64,000 nt of DNA from positions 12,279,354 to 12,343,353 of the forward strand of contig NC_069006.1 of assembly GCF_001194135.2 (NCBI RefSeq). Reading direction: 5' to 3'. Each line of letters opens with the position of its first letter. Within the stretch, counting starts at the first letter, position 1. The DNA is from Octopus bimaculoides (lineage: Eukaryota). Below the pieces are notes generated by a model that worked only from the letters and a program-made list of their open reading frames with translations, had not been told where the DNA came from and ran no database searches. The translations under genes and the position numbers were made by a program. This document shows positions 13,254 through 26,131 of this stretch, one piece after another.

Positions 13254-13463
13254 AGAGACAACACTATACAGTTCTTGCTCTATTTGTATGCCTGGTATAT
13301 TTTTCATTAAATTGGTACCATACATAGGTGCAACCCACTGTTAGCCTCAAATATCCACCTGTCCATGAGTATATCTGAAAGAGTTAAAAGCTCTGCCCAC
13401 ATTTGCCACCAGCAGTGTCACAGATAACATAAATTTATGTCATAAATTCTACAATGTTACCTC
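13254..13463 (+). repeat. About 210-bp direct repeat, copy 2
   Basis: Paralogue of 11962-12168. Confidence 0.93.
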
Positions 13464-14425
13464 AGGGTGTTTCACCTCACCAGAGTCAATAATACTAGTA
13501 ACATAATGAGGTAAATTTAATCAACCATACATATACCTCATAAACTTGTAACCTTGAACCAGTAGCATAGCACAGGGTGTGTGGAGACTGTACAGAGTAG
13601 CCAAAATTCAGGTTATGCCACTGACAGAACCTCCAAAAGTAACTGTCAAATTTGTTCAATATCACACTCTCCTGTCTTTAAAAAAATGGTAGGGTACATG
13701 GGTAATGTAGTCTTAGAGCTGACTTGAGGCTATAACAACTATATATTTATGTATGTGTGTCCTGGGTATGACTTTAAACTGCATCTGGTAATAGGGACCT
13801 GGTTCAGCAAATTGGCAGAATATTAGATAGAACTCTCTGATATTTGTTCTAGTTCCCTGTGTTCTCAATTCAAATTCCTCTGAGGCTAGCTTTGCCTTTC
13901 ATCATTATGGGGTCAATATATATACAGTACCAGTCAAGTACTGTGACCAAGAAAATAGTGCTCACATTATGGCCCAACCAATTCTTTCCACATTACTGTA
14001 GACTTACTTGCTAAGAGAGAACCAGTTTTGAGCCAGAGATATATTTCATAGCCAGATGATCAACCAATAGGTCATGGTTCTGATATAATTTTTAGTAAAA
14101 TATTTCATTTGCTTCCTTCTTTTTTTCAACCTTCTTTACCAAATATCACCTACACTTTATGTATATATATTGATGGGAAATGCTTGAATGGCCAAGCCAT
14201 CCTAGCAGGACTGGAACTCACAAAGCATATCCGTATGGGTCACTGAAAATATGTACAGCTCTAGTAAGCAGAGTGCTCTTTGGTTCAAGTTCTATGTGGG
14301 TTTGTTTATGGGAGTGTACATGAGTGTAAGGCTTGGGATACAATATTCATTAAATGCCATCCCTGCAACCTCACCTCAACAGCTATTCTGTCGATGATTT
14401 CAACGATTCCAGATAGTCAACTTAC

Positions 14426-14542
14426 ATTAGCAATTTCAGTTTCAAACTCCAGGATCTCATACATCTGATTGTAAGTGTCATTCTTTTCTCCACCAAGCAA
14501 TACTCCAATGGTGGTCATGTATTCAAGCGCTGCAGATAATAT
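14426..14542 (-). CDS. ECE1: ECE/neprilysin exon ILSAALEYMTTIGVLLGGEKNDTYNQMYEILEFETEIAN
   Basis: ctcctttttag|ATA...AAT|gtaagt; 117 nt, phase 0-0; matches ECE1 YLNYMVQLGKLLGG...QILDFETALAN. Confidence 0.95.
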
Positions 14543-15809
14543 CTAAAAAGGAGTAAGAGAAGAATTTAGTGAGACATCACTGAAACTCATTAATCTTGAA
14601 ATGTGACATGTTCCCTGACCACAAGAACTCGAGAATAGAACATACACACCTCCCGCATATACTCTTGAATTAGATACACTTCTAGCTGACAAACTTTAGA
14701 ACCAGACATATTTCCTACACACATTTTTTAAAACTACATACTGTTGATCTAGACACATCTCCTGTTGACACACCCTCTGTATCTATATTGACTTGTTACC
14801 CAAAAGAACTTATCTGACTGAGATAGACACCTCCTAATGATATGCGCACTGTAGCAGCATTGACAAGCTAAGTGCATCTCTCAGCATTCTGTCTATATTA
14901 GACCTTTTCATCTCTACAGTGGATTCACAAACACCAAAGTTAACAAATATAATATATAATTATTTTTGTTTATATTACACCCAAAGTTCAGTTCAGTTCA
15001 AGTGAGCGAGTTTTCTTTTTGGAAAATTTGGACACCTATATAATATTGAATCAAATATCTAATACACTTGTGTGTCCTTGCTGCAACTGATAACTTTAGT
15101 GTCATCCTGGAATTGTATTTACTCAAATAGACACATTATGGACAAAGAATGTAGCCATGAGAGGACCACACTGGAAAATCTCTTCAAAAAATAAAACACA
15201 AATCAGGTTTATACAACAGTGAGTTGTGTGTGTCAGTATAATTATTATATGTGATGTAATTGAATGGGTGAGAGACAGAATACAAGCAGAAGAGCCAACT
15301 GTGTTGACAAATGATAATTACCACCCATGTAGTCAAAACATCATAAGAACCAGCTGTGTAGTCTGTAGCTGTGTTAACACATTAGAAGAAGCAGCTGTAT
15401 AGTCAGTACTCAATCCGAGTTAATACAAATTAAGAAGCAATTGCATAATCTGTATTGTGTGTTAGCACCATAATAACTGGCTGTGGACTAATCTTACATA
15501 TTAATAAAATGCAATGTGTATCCCATCAGTCAAACTAGGAAAAGAAGAATAAAACAACAGAGTGGGAGTGGGTGACAGTCACAAATGCTAAAGCAAGCAA
15601 ACAGTATTCAAAGTTTTTTCTCTAAAGATGCTGATATTTTAATTAAAATAAAACTGCAAATTTTTATTATGAATTGTATTCAGTTTAGCAGTTTCATACA
15701 CACACACACACACACACAATTACATATATGAAATTAAATATTACACTTCTTTTGTTTTCAAAATATTGTTCTCATAACATATATATAAATGTTATGTGAA
15801 CAATAATTA

Positions 15810-18360
15810 TCATTCCAATCCCATTGGTATTATTACATGTATCATTCAACTACAGTAGTAGTTGAATAATATTCTGAAGGTCACAATTTACTCACATGCA
15901 GCATATTTCAGACTTTTTTGCTAATTCAGTTCTTAACCAAATTGAAAACTGTTACCATTTTTGAAGGAGACTAGTCCCTAGCTACATTTTGGCATAAAAA
16001 AGTTGAGATTTGGTCCAGTTGAAAAAAGTTTACATAAAAATTATAGGAGAGTAAGTAACACCTCCAATCAAGTTTAGATCTAAATAACTTTTTTTATTTA
16101 AAAAAAAAGTATATTTATCTTAGCTTAAATGATAGAAGGCATGAGGAATTTCATAGTTTTTTTCCCATGCGACAAAAATTTGTATCAAAAATGTTGTGAG
16201 GTAAAATACGGAAAAAAAATATGAGTAAGGCAAGAAAATGGATTTAAGTATAATTAACTTTTTTATTTTAAAAACTATATTTTAATTAAGCTTAAATGAT
16301 AGAGCTCAATTCAAGGAATTTCATGGTATCAATTTTATGCAATGAAGTTCTAAAAGAAAGAAGTAATATAGTGTTTATTTCACAAATTTGAGGTTGATAA
16401 TATAGTTCTATACTTTTTTATGAATACAGTTCTATAAGGGGACTTTTAATATATGTCACCAGCATCATTGAGGTAAGGAAAAAAATTATCAATGACACCA
16501 CAAGGAATTTCATAGTTTTGGTCCCATTAAATTAAATATTTTTTTACTGTCTTTGTATATCAATTAAAAAATAAAATTTACACACTCATAAATCTTTCAC
16601 ATTCATAATTTCATTGACAATTAGTCTACTTTTGTATTGGGACTCTTAATACTACAATTTAAAGATAATATTTAAAATAATGATATTTAATAATATTTAA
16701 AATAATATTGTTTAATAATCCAATTTTTCAGCTTTCCAATGAAGGGTTTGAGGGAATATGATTTGGAGGAAATTACTTGCTTTTATAAATAACTTCATAT
16801 TAATTTTTGTTTTAAACAACCTAAATTCTTCGATAAAATATAGCCACTTGTGACTGTGTCTCTACGAGCAATATTGAATCATGTATGGCCATTCAGAGAA
16901 GACAATTTTAAGTAATTATATTTTATATTATTTTTAATTTTAAATTTATTAGCAATGAAGTTATTTACATGCTTTAATAAATTATGTCATTGTTAATTGA
17001 ATTAAATTCATTACATAACACAAGTTTTTATCTTTCATATCAATTAGCAACAATCATTATTTTCATCAACTCAAAATCTACACAACCTAAGGTTGCAAAT
17101 TCAAGATGATGATTATATTGTAGTTGTTGTTCCTTATTACAAAATCAATAATTTTTTGCTTATAAAAATGCATATAATTTATTAATAATTGCAAGAAAAT
17201 AAATTTGCTTAAAAAATGACTTTATTTTATTTTTATTTTCTTTAAAATTCCAAATTCACTTGATAGAATATAGACATTTCTGGCTGTGTCTCTATGGGCA
17301 GTACTGAAGTCATGTAGTGAGGCTGTTCAGAAAAAGCATTGGTCAAAAGTGCTTTATTTTTTAACTTTAATATTTAATTAATAAAGTTATTTTTAATATG
17401 CTATTGCACTTAAGTAAGTTTAACTTTTATTATTAATTTTCTCTTTCAGCCTTACTTGCTTNNNNNNNNNNNNNNNNNNNNNNNNNNNNNNNNNNNNNNN
17501 NNNNNNNNNNNNNNNNNNNNNNNNNNNNNNNNNNNNNNNNNNNNNNNNNNNNNNNNNNNNNNNNNNNNNNNNNNNNNNNNNNNNNNNNNNNNNNNNNNNN
17601 NNNNNNNNNNNNNNNNNNNNNNNNNNNNNNNNNNNNNNNNNNNNNNNNNNNNNNNNNNNNNNNNNNNNNNNNNNNNNNNNNNNNNNNNNNNNNNNNNNNN
17701 NNNNNNNNNNNNNNNNNNNNNNNNNNNNNNNNNNNNNNNNNNNNNNNNNNNNNNNNNNNNNNNNNNNNNNNNNNNNNNNNNNNNNNNNNNNNNNNNNNNN
17801 NNNNNNNNNNNNNNNNNNNNNNNNNNNNNNNNNNNNNNNNNNNNNNNNNNNNNNNNNNNNNNNNNNNNNNNNNNTACATGGAGTAAATAAAATCATAACA
17901 TGAACAATTAAATATAAGAAATAATAATTTTTTAAAGTATGTGTTAATCCCAATATACCCAGACTTTGTGGACACCCTGTAGATCAGCAGCAATCATTGC
18001 TATTATCACCTACTCAAAATCTAGGTTACTTTAGGTGAGCCTGGTAACTGATGGTTTTGGGGTCTTGCTGTTTGTAACCGATTGGTGCAACCTTCAAGAT
18101 GGTAAAATTCTCTGCCATTAATTTGGTGTGGATGGGTAATATCAGTAGCTGTTGCTCTTTCAAAGTTTATCAAATTCAATTTTCAATAAGGTAAAATCTT
18201 AAATTATTAATTGACGCATTATTAATTAGCATAATAGCATAGCCTGGGAACAACATGGATTACATGGAAAAATGTGAGCAAGAGAAATAATATTCTTAAG
18301 ATTATAAACCTGAAAAAGTACATCTGGTAAAGTACAGAACAAGTATTTTTCCATGTGATA
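15810..18360 (+). repeat. AT-rich repeat, copy A (paralogue of 35575-37250)
   Basis: Long near-identical blocks: 15830-15915 vs 35590-35675, 16880-17461 vs 35707-36345, 17875-18345 vs 36710-37235. Confidence 0.92.
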
Positions 18361-18542
18361 CATGTAATACTTTCAACTTTCTTTCATTTTAGTCCATTTT
18401 TCCATGTTTGCCCTTTTCCAAATAAAGGGTAAAATATTTTACTGATTTCATCAATCTAAAAGATGTAAACAAATGTAATAGAGTACACACACTCACGCAC
18501 ATGTAGAGGTATACATATGCATAGGTATATAAATATGTATGC

Positions 18543-18580
<38 letters not shown>

Positions 18581-19011
18581 AGGTGTGGCTGTGTGGTAAG
18601 TAGCTTGCTTACCAACCACATTGTCCCACTGTGTGGCACCTTGGGCAAGTGTCTTCTATAACCTTGTGAGTGGATTTGGTAGACGGAAACTGGAAGAAGC
18701 CCGTCATATATGTGTATATGATGTGTGTGTATATGTTTGTGTGTCTGTGTTTGTCCCTCCAACATCACTTGACAACCGATGCTGGTGTGTTTATGTCCCC
18801 GTAACTTAGTGGTTCGGCAAAAGTGACCGATAGAATAAGTACTAGGCTTATAAAGAATAAGTCCTGGGGTCAAATTGTTTGCCTAAAGGCAGTGCTCCAG
18901 CATGGCTGCAGTCAAATGACTGAAACAAGTAAAAGAGTATATATATACACACACACACACACACTCAGCGATATGTCTGTATATAAATGTATATATATAT
19001 ATGTGTATGTA

Positions 19012-19087
<76 letters not shown>

Positions 19088-19653
19088 GAATATTCTCCTG
19101 ACAAAAGGTCATTGCCTTTGTGTTTCCTTAATGGATTATACATTATCGAAATGTGGCGACATCTTTTGAAACAATTGTAGAGATGAATTTCGAATGGACT
19201 CTTTTCTGGTTATTGATTTGTCTGTTATTTATTTATATTCTATTTCATTTTTATCACCTTAAACTTTTAGTCGCTTTCAATATGCATTGATTTAATCCAT
19301 ATATTTTTCTTCATTCGACTCCATTCATATTACTTTTTCAGATTTTGTTACTTTTGTATTCGTATATATATATGTATATTTTTATACTATTGGGTTTTGC
19401 CACTGGTTGCCCTAATGTTTTTAATATATATTTATGCTTGATATCGTGATAATATGAGAATATTATAAAGTTACTTCTGACCAATTAGAGTGTTTATTCA
19501 TTATACCCTTCAATTTGTTTTCCCTTTGTCTCAGTGTTACCTGACCACTTCCACTTGCAGTCCTATATTTTATTTTTCGGTTTAACAAAGTTATAAAATT
19601 ACCTTCATATATATAATGTATATATACTTTGTGGTGATCTAAATATGTGTTTG

Positions 19654-19711
<58 letters not shown>

Positions 19712-20579
19712 TCTACTATATTGTAGGGCTGACCAAAGCCTTGTGAGTAGATTTTGTAGATAGAAACTGGAAGAAGACCTCAGTATGTATGTATGTATGT
19801 ATGTATGCTTATCTATACATATATATGTATGCATATGTCCCTATATGTATGTATGTGTGTGTATATACATACATGCATTATGTGGACATATTTTCAACTG
19901 AGATGTTACAACTGTATCTGATTCTTCAAGTGCTTCAATTCTGTGTGTGTACTCATTTTTTCTAGAATTGCTAACATTTATCAATGATTTCTCCCATTTT
20001 GTTGATGCACCATTTTCTATCCTTAATAAAACTGTCTGCATTTTTGTCAGCATGGTTATGCTAGTTAATACTATAAACAGTTTTCTAGATAAGATTGTTA
20101 ATAAAGAATAAGATCTATGACAGTGAAGTCGTTAAGGTAGCAACAGGATGAGAAACTATAGGCTGTTGCTTTATATATAATATCATAGTCTGGTAATGTT
20201 TTGTATCTGTTGTCGACCAACACTCCTTTGATGGTATACAAACCAATGTAGTTGTTCAACCTGCTAGGAATAGTAGTAGCTACTTACATTAAAATCACAT
20301 CCTACTTAAAATGGGAAGGATGCATTGGTTAATTTAGTTCTAGACACATGTAAAAGACATTCTGGTTATAGTTGGAAAGCTTTTGGTTACAGGTGTATTC
20401 AATATGGACTAACCTGGTGTTAAACGATACCATTAGGACTGACAACTGTTTAATTCAATTTCTTTTATGTGATGTGATACAATAGCGGGGATTGGTGGGG
20501 AGAGGAGTGATTTGTATTTTCTCATTGTAGAGGGAGTTGCAATGGTCCCCCTAAATCTGATAACTTACAACAGACTTAC

Positions 20580-20648
20580 CTTGTCTTCAGTTATTGTTTT
20601 GTTTAAGTAATACTGGGGACTGGACAGGTCAAGTCCACCTTGGTCAAT
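20580..20648 (-). CDS. ECE1: ECE/neprilysin exon IDQGGLDLSSPQYYLNKTITEDK
   Basis: gtatttcag|ATT...AAG|gtaagt; 69 nt, phase 0-0; matches ECE1 [22 protein letters not shown]. Confidence 0.95.
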
Positions 20649-21119
20649 CTGAAATACATCAATATACATGAGATCAAATGGTGGTGGTAGTGATGATGAT
20701 GCTGATTGTAGGGTTGGTGGTAATGGTAATGATTGTTGAGATGACAGTGGTTATGGCTGTGTGTATATATATGTATATACTAAATCTGCTTCTGAATGTA
20801 AGAACATCACAACATAATATAACAAGAATAGAATAAACTGCCAGCTGACATGCTATGTCTCCAGCCCATAGCTGACCACAGTCAAATTAAAGTTACATAT
20901 TCTTTAACCCTTTGAAAACTCAATTGCATTCCCTTTTATAGTCTGACACATTAGTTCACCAACATCGCTCTCACTGCCACACTAATACTACTACATCCTT
21001 TACTGACTCCTACATACACCACCACTCCATCCTTACTTTCTCCCAAGTACTGCATTGAATAACAAGGTGAGTATACTAGTTAATCACATGAATACCCATA
21101 TGTGTATATATATATATAT

Positions 21120-21389
21120 ATTTAAGGAATGGCGTGAACGCATGTTATAACTGCATACTTTATTCCGACATATGTTTCGAAGAATTACAATTTATGCGAT
21201 CCATAGGAATCGTCGATATTAAAAATGTAAACTTCTCCTCAGGGAAGATGATCTCCATACATTTCCCTGAGGAGAAGTTTACATTTTGAACATCGACGAT
21301 TCCTATGGATCGCATAGATTGTAATTCTTCAAAACATATGTCGGAATAAAGTATGCAGTTATAACATGCGTTCACTCCATTCCTTAAAT
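21120..21389. mobile_element. Palindromic MITE/foldback (127-bp arms, 16-nt loop) in a TA-rich site
   Basis: 21120-21246 pairs with 21263-21389 with 5 mismatches counted; flanked by (TA)n on both sides. Confidence 0.8.
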
Positions 21390-21573
21390 TTATATATACT
21401 CAAATACCCAAAATATCAAGGAGTTTCTGCCTCAAAAACAGGAATTACACCACAGTTATTTTGTGATCTTTGCTACCCTGGTTTCTATTAACCCATTTAT
21501 TCTATCCGAATTATTATTAATTAGGATAAAATAAATACATATAATTTATATATATATATATATATATATATAT

Positions 21574-22022
21574 NNNNNNNNNNNNNNNNNNNNNNNNNNN
21601 NNNNNNNNNNNNNNNNNNNNNNNNNNNNNNNNNNNNNNNNNNNNNNNNNNNNNNNNNNNNNNNNNNNNNNNNNNNNNNNNNNNNNNNNNNNNNNNNNNNN
21701 NNNNNNNNNNNNNNNNNNNNNNNNNNNNNNNNNNNNNNNNNNNNNNNNNNNNNNNNNNNNNNNNNNNNNNNNNNNNNNNNNNNNNNNNNNNNNNNNNNNN
21801 NNNNNNNNNNNNNNNNNNNNNNNNNNNNNNNNNNNNNNNNNNNNNNNNNNNNNNNNNNNNNNNNNNNNNNNNNNNNNNNNNNNNNNNNNNNNNNNNNNNN
21901 NNNNNNNNNNNNNNNNNNNNNNNNNNNNNNNNNNNNNNNNNNNNNNNNNNNNNNNNNNNNNNNNNNNNNNNNNNNNNNNNNNNNNNNNNNNNNNNNNNNN
22001 NNNNNNNNNNNNNNNNNNNNNN
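21574..22022. other. Assembly gap hiding ECE coding sequence
   Basis: N run entered in frame by the exon starting at 22063; roughly 75-80 aa of the expected M13 sequence is not found elsewhere between 27110 and 20648. Confidence 0.8.
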
Positions 22023-22063
22023 TTTCATTTTGGCAGTGCTGTTGAGGTTCTTGTATTTTTCCT
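22023..22063 (-). CDS. ECE1: ECE/neprilysin exon, truncated by assembly gap: (E)EKYKNLNSTAKMK...
   Basis: Acceptor tttttcaatattttccag|AG at 22064/22063, in the phase 1 required by the previous exon; the frame stays open into the N run at 21574-22022; positionally equivalent to ECE1 ENSTASVSEAERKA. Confidence 0.75.
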
Positions 22064-22209
22064 CTGGAAAATATTGAAAAAAAAATTTATTCTGTTTAAT
22101 CTCTTGCAAAAGCTTAGCATAAAACACTTTCTAAAAAATTGCTTAATACAACAAACAATTTATGGCTAATTTTTCGCATGCACAATGTTTGTTTTTGATT
22201 TTGTTGACT

Positions 22210-22621
22210 ACACAGTATAGTAGGGTCAGTTGGGCACTGTCTGTGAGAAAAACGGCACCATGACGCAATTAACTCTGCCAGAAATTTGGAAACAACATGC
22301 TGTACTGCTTGGCATTTGTACTAGAAGTTCCACTACGAACATTCGAGAGTGTTTGGGTGTTAATCTGAGGGCAGTACAGAAGATTCGGAAAGAGTTAGAT
22401 GAGTTTAATGGTGATTACAAAGGTATGGCAGCTTGGAAAACTCAATCAGGTCTACCACCAGGGACATGGAAGTATCTGAGTTTCTTATCAGGCAGGTAGT
22501 GCATGAAGACATTCAGTATTCCTCATACAAGATGAGAAAGGGCCAATTGTTATCCCAAGCCATCAAGGACAAAAGGAAAGACCACACTACAAAGCTTTTG
22601 AACAAACTCAAGCAACCCCTT
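22210..22621 (+). mobile_element. Tc1/mariner-superfamily transposase N-terminal remnant, cut off at the hAT left end
   Basis: Translates to NLRAVQKIRKELDE and SIRSTTRDMEVSEFLIRQVVHEDIQYSSYKMRKGQLLS...LLNKLKQP (HTH region); internal deletion; no DDE part present. Confidence 0.65.
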
Positions 22622-22929
22622 CCTTGGTTCCCAACCTGGGGTCTGTGGAAATCTGGGGGTCTGCAAAGGGGTTGCCAATTTTCAGATTTTTAATGTTCAA
22701 AACCCTAGGTTTTCCAGTTTTAGCTAATACTGGAACCATTGAACATGCATACACTACACAGAACCCCTAATTTACGTGTTAAAAAAAATCTCACAGATAG
22801 AATGCATTTGAGGTGATGTGCACAGAGCATACATGCACATACTTGAATGCAGGCGTCTCTCTGCGACTTTATCGATTGGTACGAGGGTATGGGCACAACA
22901 AGACTAAACAGGACTGAAAATTGGTGGTA

Positions 22930-23520
22930 TCACAGCCCAGAATATACTCCTGCCCAGACTATACCCCCTCCAGATAACCAGGCCAGAATATACCCGTCCC
23001 GACTACACCCCATGCTTGCGGACAAATAACACAGATGTACCTCACTTATAAAAGTTGCCTCAGAACATATATAAAATTTGATTATCACTCAATGAAGAAT
23101 TAAAAGTTACATGTAAATTTCGATTTAAACATAGCAATTTAGAATGGTCAAATGCAAAATACTTTATAATGTACCAGCATAAACCCACATTTGCATGAGT
23201 CTAGGCTATGATTCATAGCACAGCATGCACAAGTTGTCAATTTTTTCCCAATCTATTGGTACATTGAATATTTGTATTTGATAATTCTAAATTGCTATGC
23301 TTAAATCGAAATTTACATGTAACTTTTAAGTCTTCATCGATTGATATCAAATTTTATATATATTCTGAGGCAACTTTTGTAAGTGAGGTACATCTGTATT
23401 ATTTGTCTGCAAGCATGGGGTATAGTCTGGACAGGGATATATTCTGGGCTAGCCCCGGGTATATTCTGGGCTAGCCCCGGGTATATTCTGGACTAGCCCC
23501 GGGTATATTCTGGACTGTTA
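22930..23520. mobile_element. Foldback/MITE with about 250-bp inverted arms, nested in the hAT 5' region
   Basis: 22930-23176 is the imperfect reverse complement of 23258-23520; the subterminal motif ccagaatatac is repeated; 22-bp unit atattctgggctagccccgggt occurs about 3.5 times at 23439-23515. Confidence 0.8.
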
Positions 23521-24378
23521 CAGCAGCTGTAACACCGGCTTATTGATGACATAGTCTGCAAGAGTGGTTTATGAAGAGGCTGCAATTTGTTTTCATCATC
23601 ACACATTTACAAACAACTATATTTTCGACATATTTATCATCATAAGTTCATTCTTAATTTTACTTTTTATGTTTGTATTAAGCATCAATAAGTAGGGACC
23701 TAATAAGCCAATAAAAAGACAAGCTAATAGCACCATCAAAATTAAGACATTCGTTCTACATAAAGTACCTAGCGACTTTTAGTTGAACTTTTTTAAAGTA
23801 GCTGCAAGGCATTATAATGGTAAGAAAATTGGCCTAAATCCAACTGAATGGCTAAAATGAGGATATTGAAGTAAAACAAAATTAACCAATTTTGAAGTAA
23901 CTTCTGCATGAAAAAGGACTTACCATGTTTTGAAAAATATCTTATATATATATGTGTGTGNNNNNNNNNNNNNNNNNNNNNNNNNNNNNNNNNNNNNNNN
24001 NNNNNNNNNNNNNNNNNNNNNNNNNNNNNNNNNNATATATATCATCATCATCATCATCATTTAACGTCTGCTTTCCATGCTAGCATGGGTTGGATGATTT
24101 GACTGAGGACTGGTGAAACCGGATGGCAACACCAGCCTCCAATCTGATTTGGCAGAGTTTCTACAGCTGGATGCCCTTCCTAACGCCAACCACTCAGAGA
24201 GTTTAGTGGGTGCTTTTACGTGTCACCCGCACGAAGGCCAGTCTGGCGGTATATATATATATATATATATATATATACTGATAAAAGTAACAAAGTTTTC
24301 TCAACAGAGTGAACTAGTACTAAATTCTGTGCATTTACAGAGCAACATTTACATATTGTTATTATATTTATTTGTAGA

Positions 24379-26131
24379 ATGTCTTTTACAAAGAAAAGGA
24401 GATGTGACAAGTCATATTTGAGCTTCGGTTTCACTGTGCTTACTGCTGGTAGAGTAGAAAAACCACAGTGTGTTCTGTGCTCTGAGGTATTGGCAGCTTC
24501 TTTGCTGAAGCCCAACGGGCTAAAGAGGCATTTGGAAATGAAACATCCCAGTGCAGTCAACAAAGATAAGGAATTCTTCAGACACCAAGCTGACAGATTG
24601 GTCAAATCCAGGTTTGATGACATGGGAATGTGTATGCAGGACATTGCAGCTAGTCTGAAAGCCTCCTATGAGGTTTCAAGGAAAATTGCTGCTGCAAAAA
24701 GCCTCATAACATTGGAGAGCAGTTAGTTCTTCCTTGCTGCAAAGATATAATCTCACTTGTGCTTGAAACATCCGAACTGCAAAAGCTTAAACATGTTTCT
24801 CTTTCCAACAACACCATCAGTCGATGAATCACTGAGATATCTGATAATATTTTGTCTTTGGTCATCTCAAAGATAAAATGTTTAACTATGTCGCCATCAA
24901 AATTGATGAAACCACTGATGTGACAGATTTAGCACAACTTTGTGTTTATGTACATTACATGCATAACAAGCACCTGGAAGATGAATTCCTTTTTTGTGAA
25001 ACCCTCAACACCCGAACCACTGCAAACGATATATTCCAGAAAGTGGATCAATTCTTTAACACGTATGGCATAAAATGGGAACATGTTGTAGGCATGTGCA
25101 CTGACAGTGCTCCAGCAATGCTTGGTTGCCGCTCTGGCTTTCAGACAATGGTGAAGGAGAAGTTTCCTAACACAACTGGTACGCATTGTACACTTCATCA
25201 CCAAGCATTCATGATTAAAACAATGCCCAACCATATGAGGAATGTTTTGAATGATGTGGTCAAAGCGGTAAACTTTATCAAAGCCAATTCTCTAAACTCA
25301 CGTCTTTTTGCTGACTTGTGCAAGGTCAATGGCTCCAATTTTGAAATGCTTTTACTCTACTCACATGTGAGGTGGTTATCCAAGGGGATAGTAATGAAAA
25401 GAGTCTTCGTTCTATGAAAGGAAATACACAAATTTCTTTGTTTTGCTCAAAAAGAACTGCACAGACAATTCTCAAAAACTCGGTTCCTTATATGTCTCTC
25501 CTTTTTGGTCGACATTTTTGAATCAGTTAATTCTGTTAACTTAGCACTACAAGGAAAGGACATCACTGTTGTCCACTGTCATGAAAAAATTATTGCATTT
25601 AAAATGAAGCTCCATTTGTGGCATTTTAAGTTGGCATGTGAGAATTTTGCACCATTTCCAAACCTCAAATCTATCCTTGATGAAGATTGCCTTTGAATTG
25701 ATGCCGACATCCTCGACATAATGAAACAGCATGTCTTAATACTTCCCTGACCTACCAAACTTCAAAAAAGTTCATCATTTCATCACCAATCCCTTTGCAA
25801 ACTCTGTTGTTGACCTTCTGTCAGAAGATTCAAAAACAGTTCATCAACTTGCTGAATGATGGAGGTGCAAAAAACACCTTCCTTAATGTGTTGCAGTGAA
25901 TTCTGGATTAAAATGATGCAGTCCTATCCAGATGTTGCCAAATTGGCCCTCAAATTCATCATTCCATTCGCAACAACATAGGAATATGAGATGGCTTTTG
26001 CAACTTTACTCACAATTAAAACAGGCTTGCAATAAACTGGACGTTGCGCATGGCATGAGGGTTACATTATCAAAAATGCAGCCTAATATTGAGGACATGT
26101 TACTGACCAAACAAGTTCACCTCTCATTGAA
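24379..26131 (+). pseudogene. hAT transposase pseudogene (BED zinc finger, DDE core, C-terminal dimerisation region; ZBED5/FAM200-like family)
   Basis: ORF fragments KPQCVLCSEVL...LKRHLEMKH (BED), IDETTD, CTDSAPAM, THCTLHHQA (CxxH), HVRWLSKG, LKFIIPFATT; interrupted by several frameshifts and stops. Confidence 0.9.

Noticed and set aside
12535-19778. Possible inverted SINE pair flanking exons 14542-14426 and 13100-13014, which would give a 204-nt stop-free circRNA
   Set aside because: On re-reading, the 19708-19778 fragment is in the same (+) orientation as the 12535 and 18580 copies, so no flanking inverted pair supports back-splicing.
19841-20053. 70-aa minus-strand ORF between two ECE exons
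   Set aside because: No M13 similarity, a purine-rich acceptor context and no phase-0 donor; the flanking exons already join in frame.
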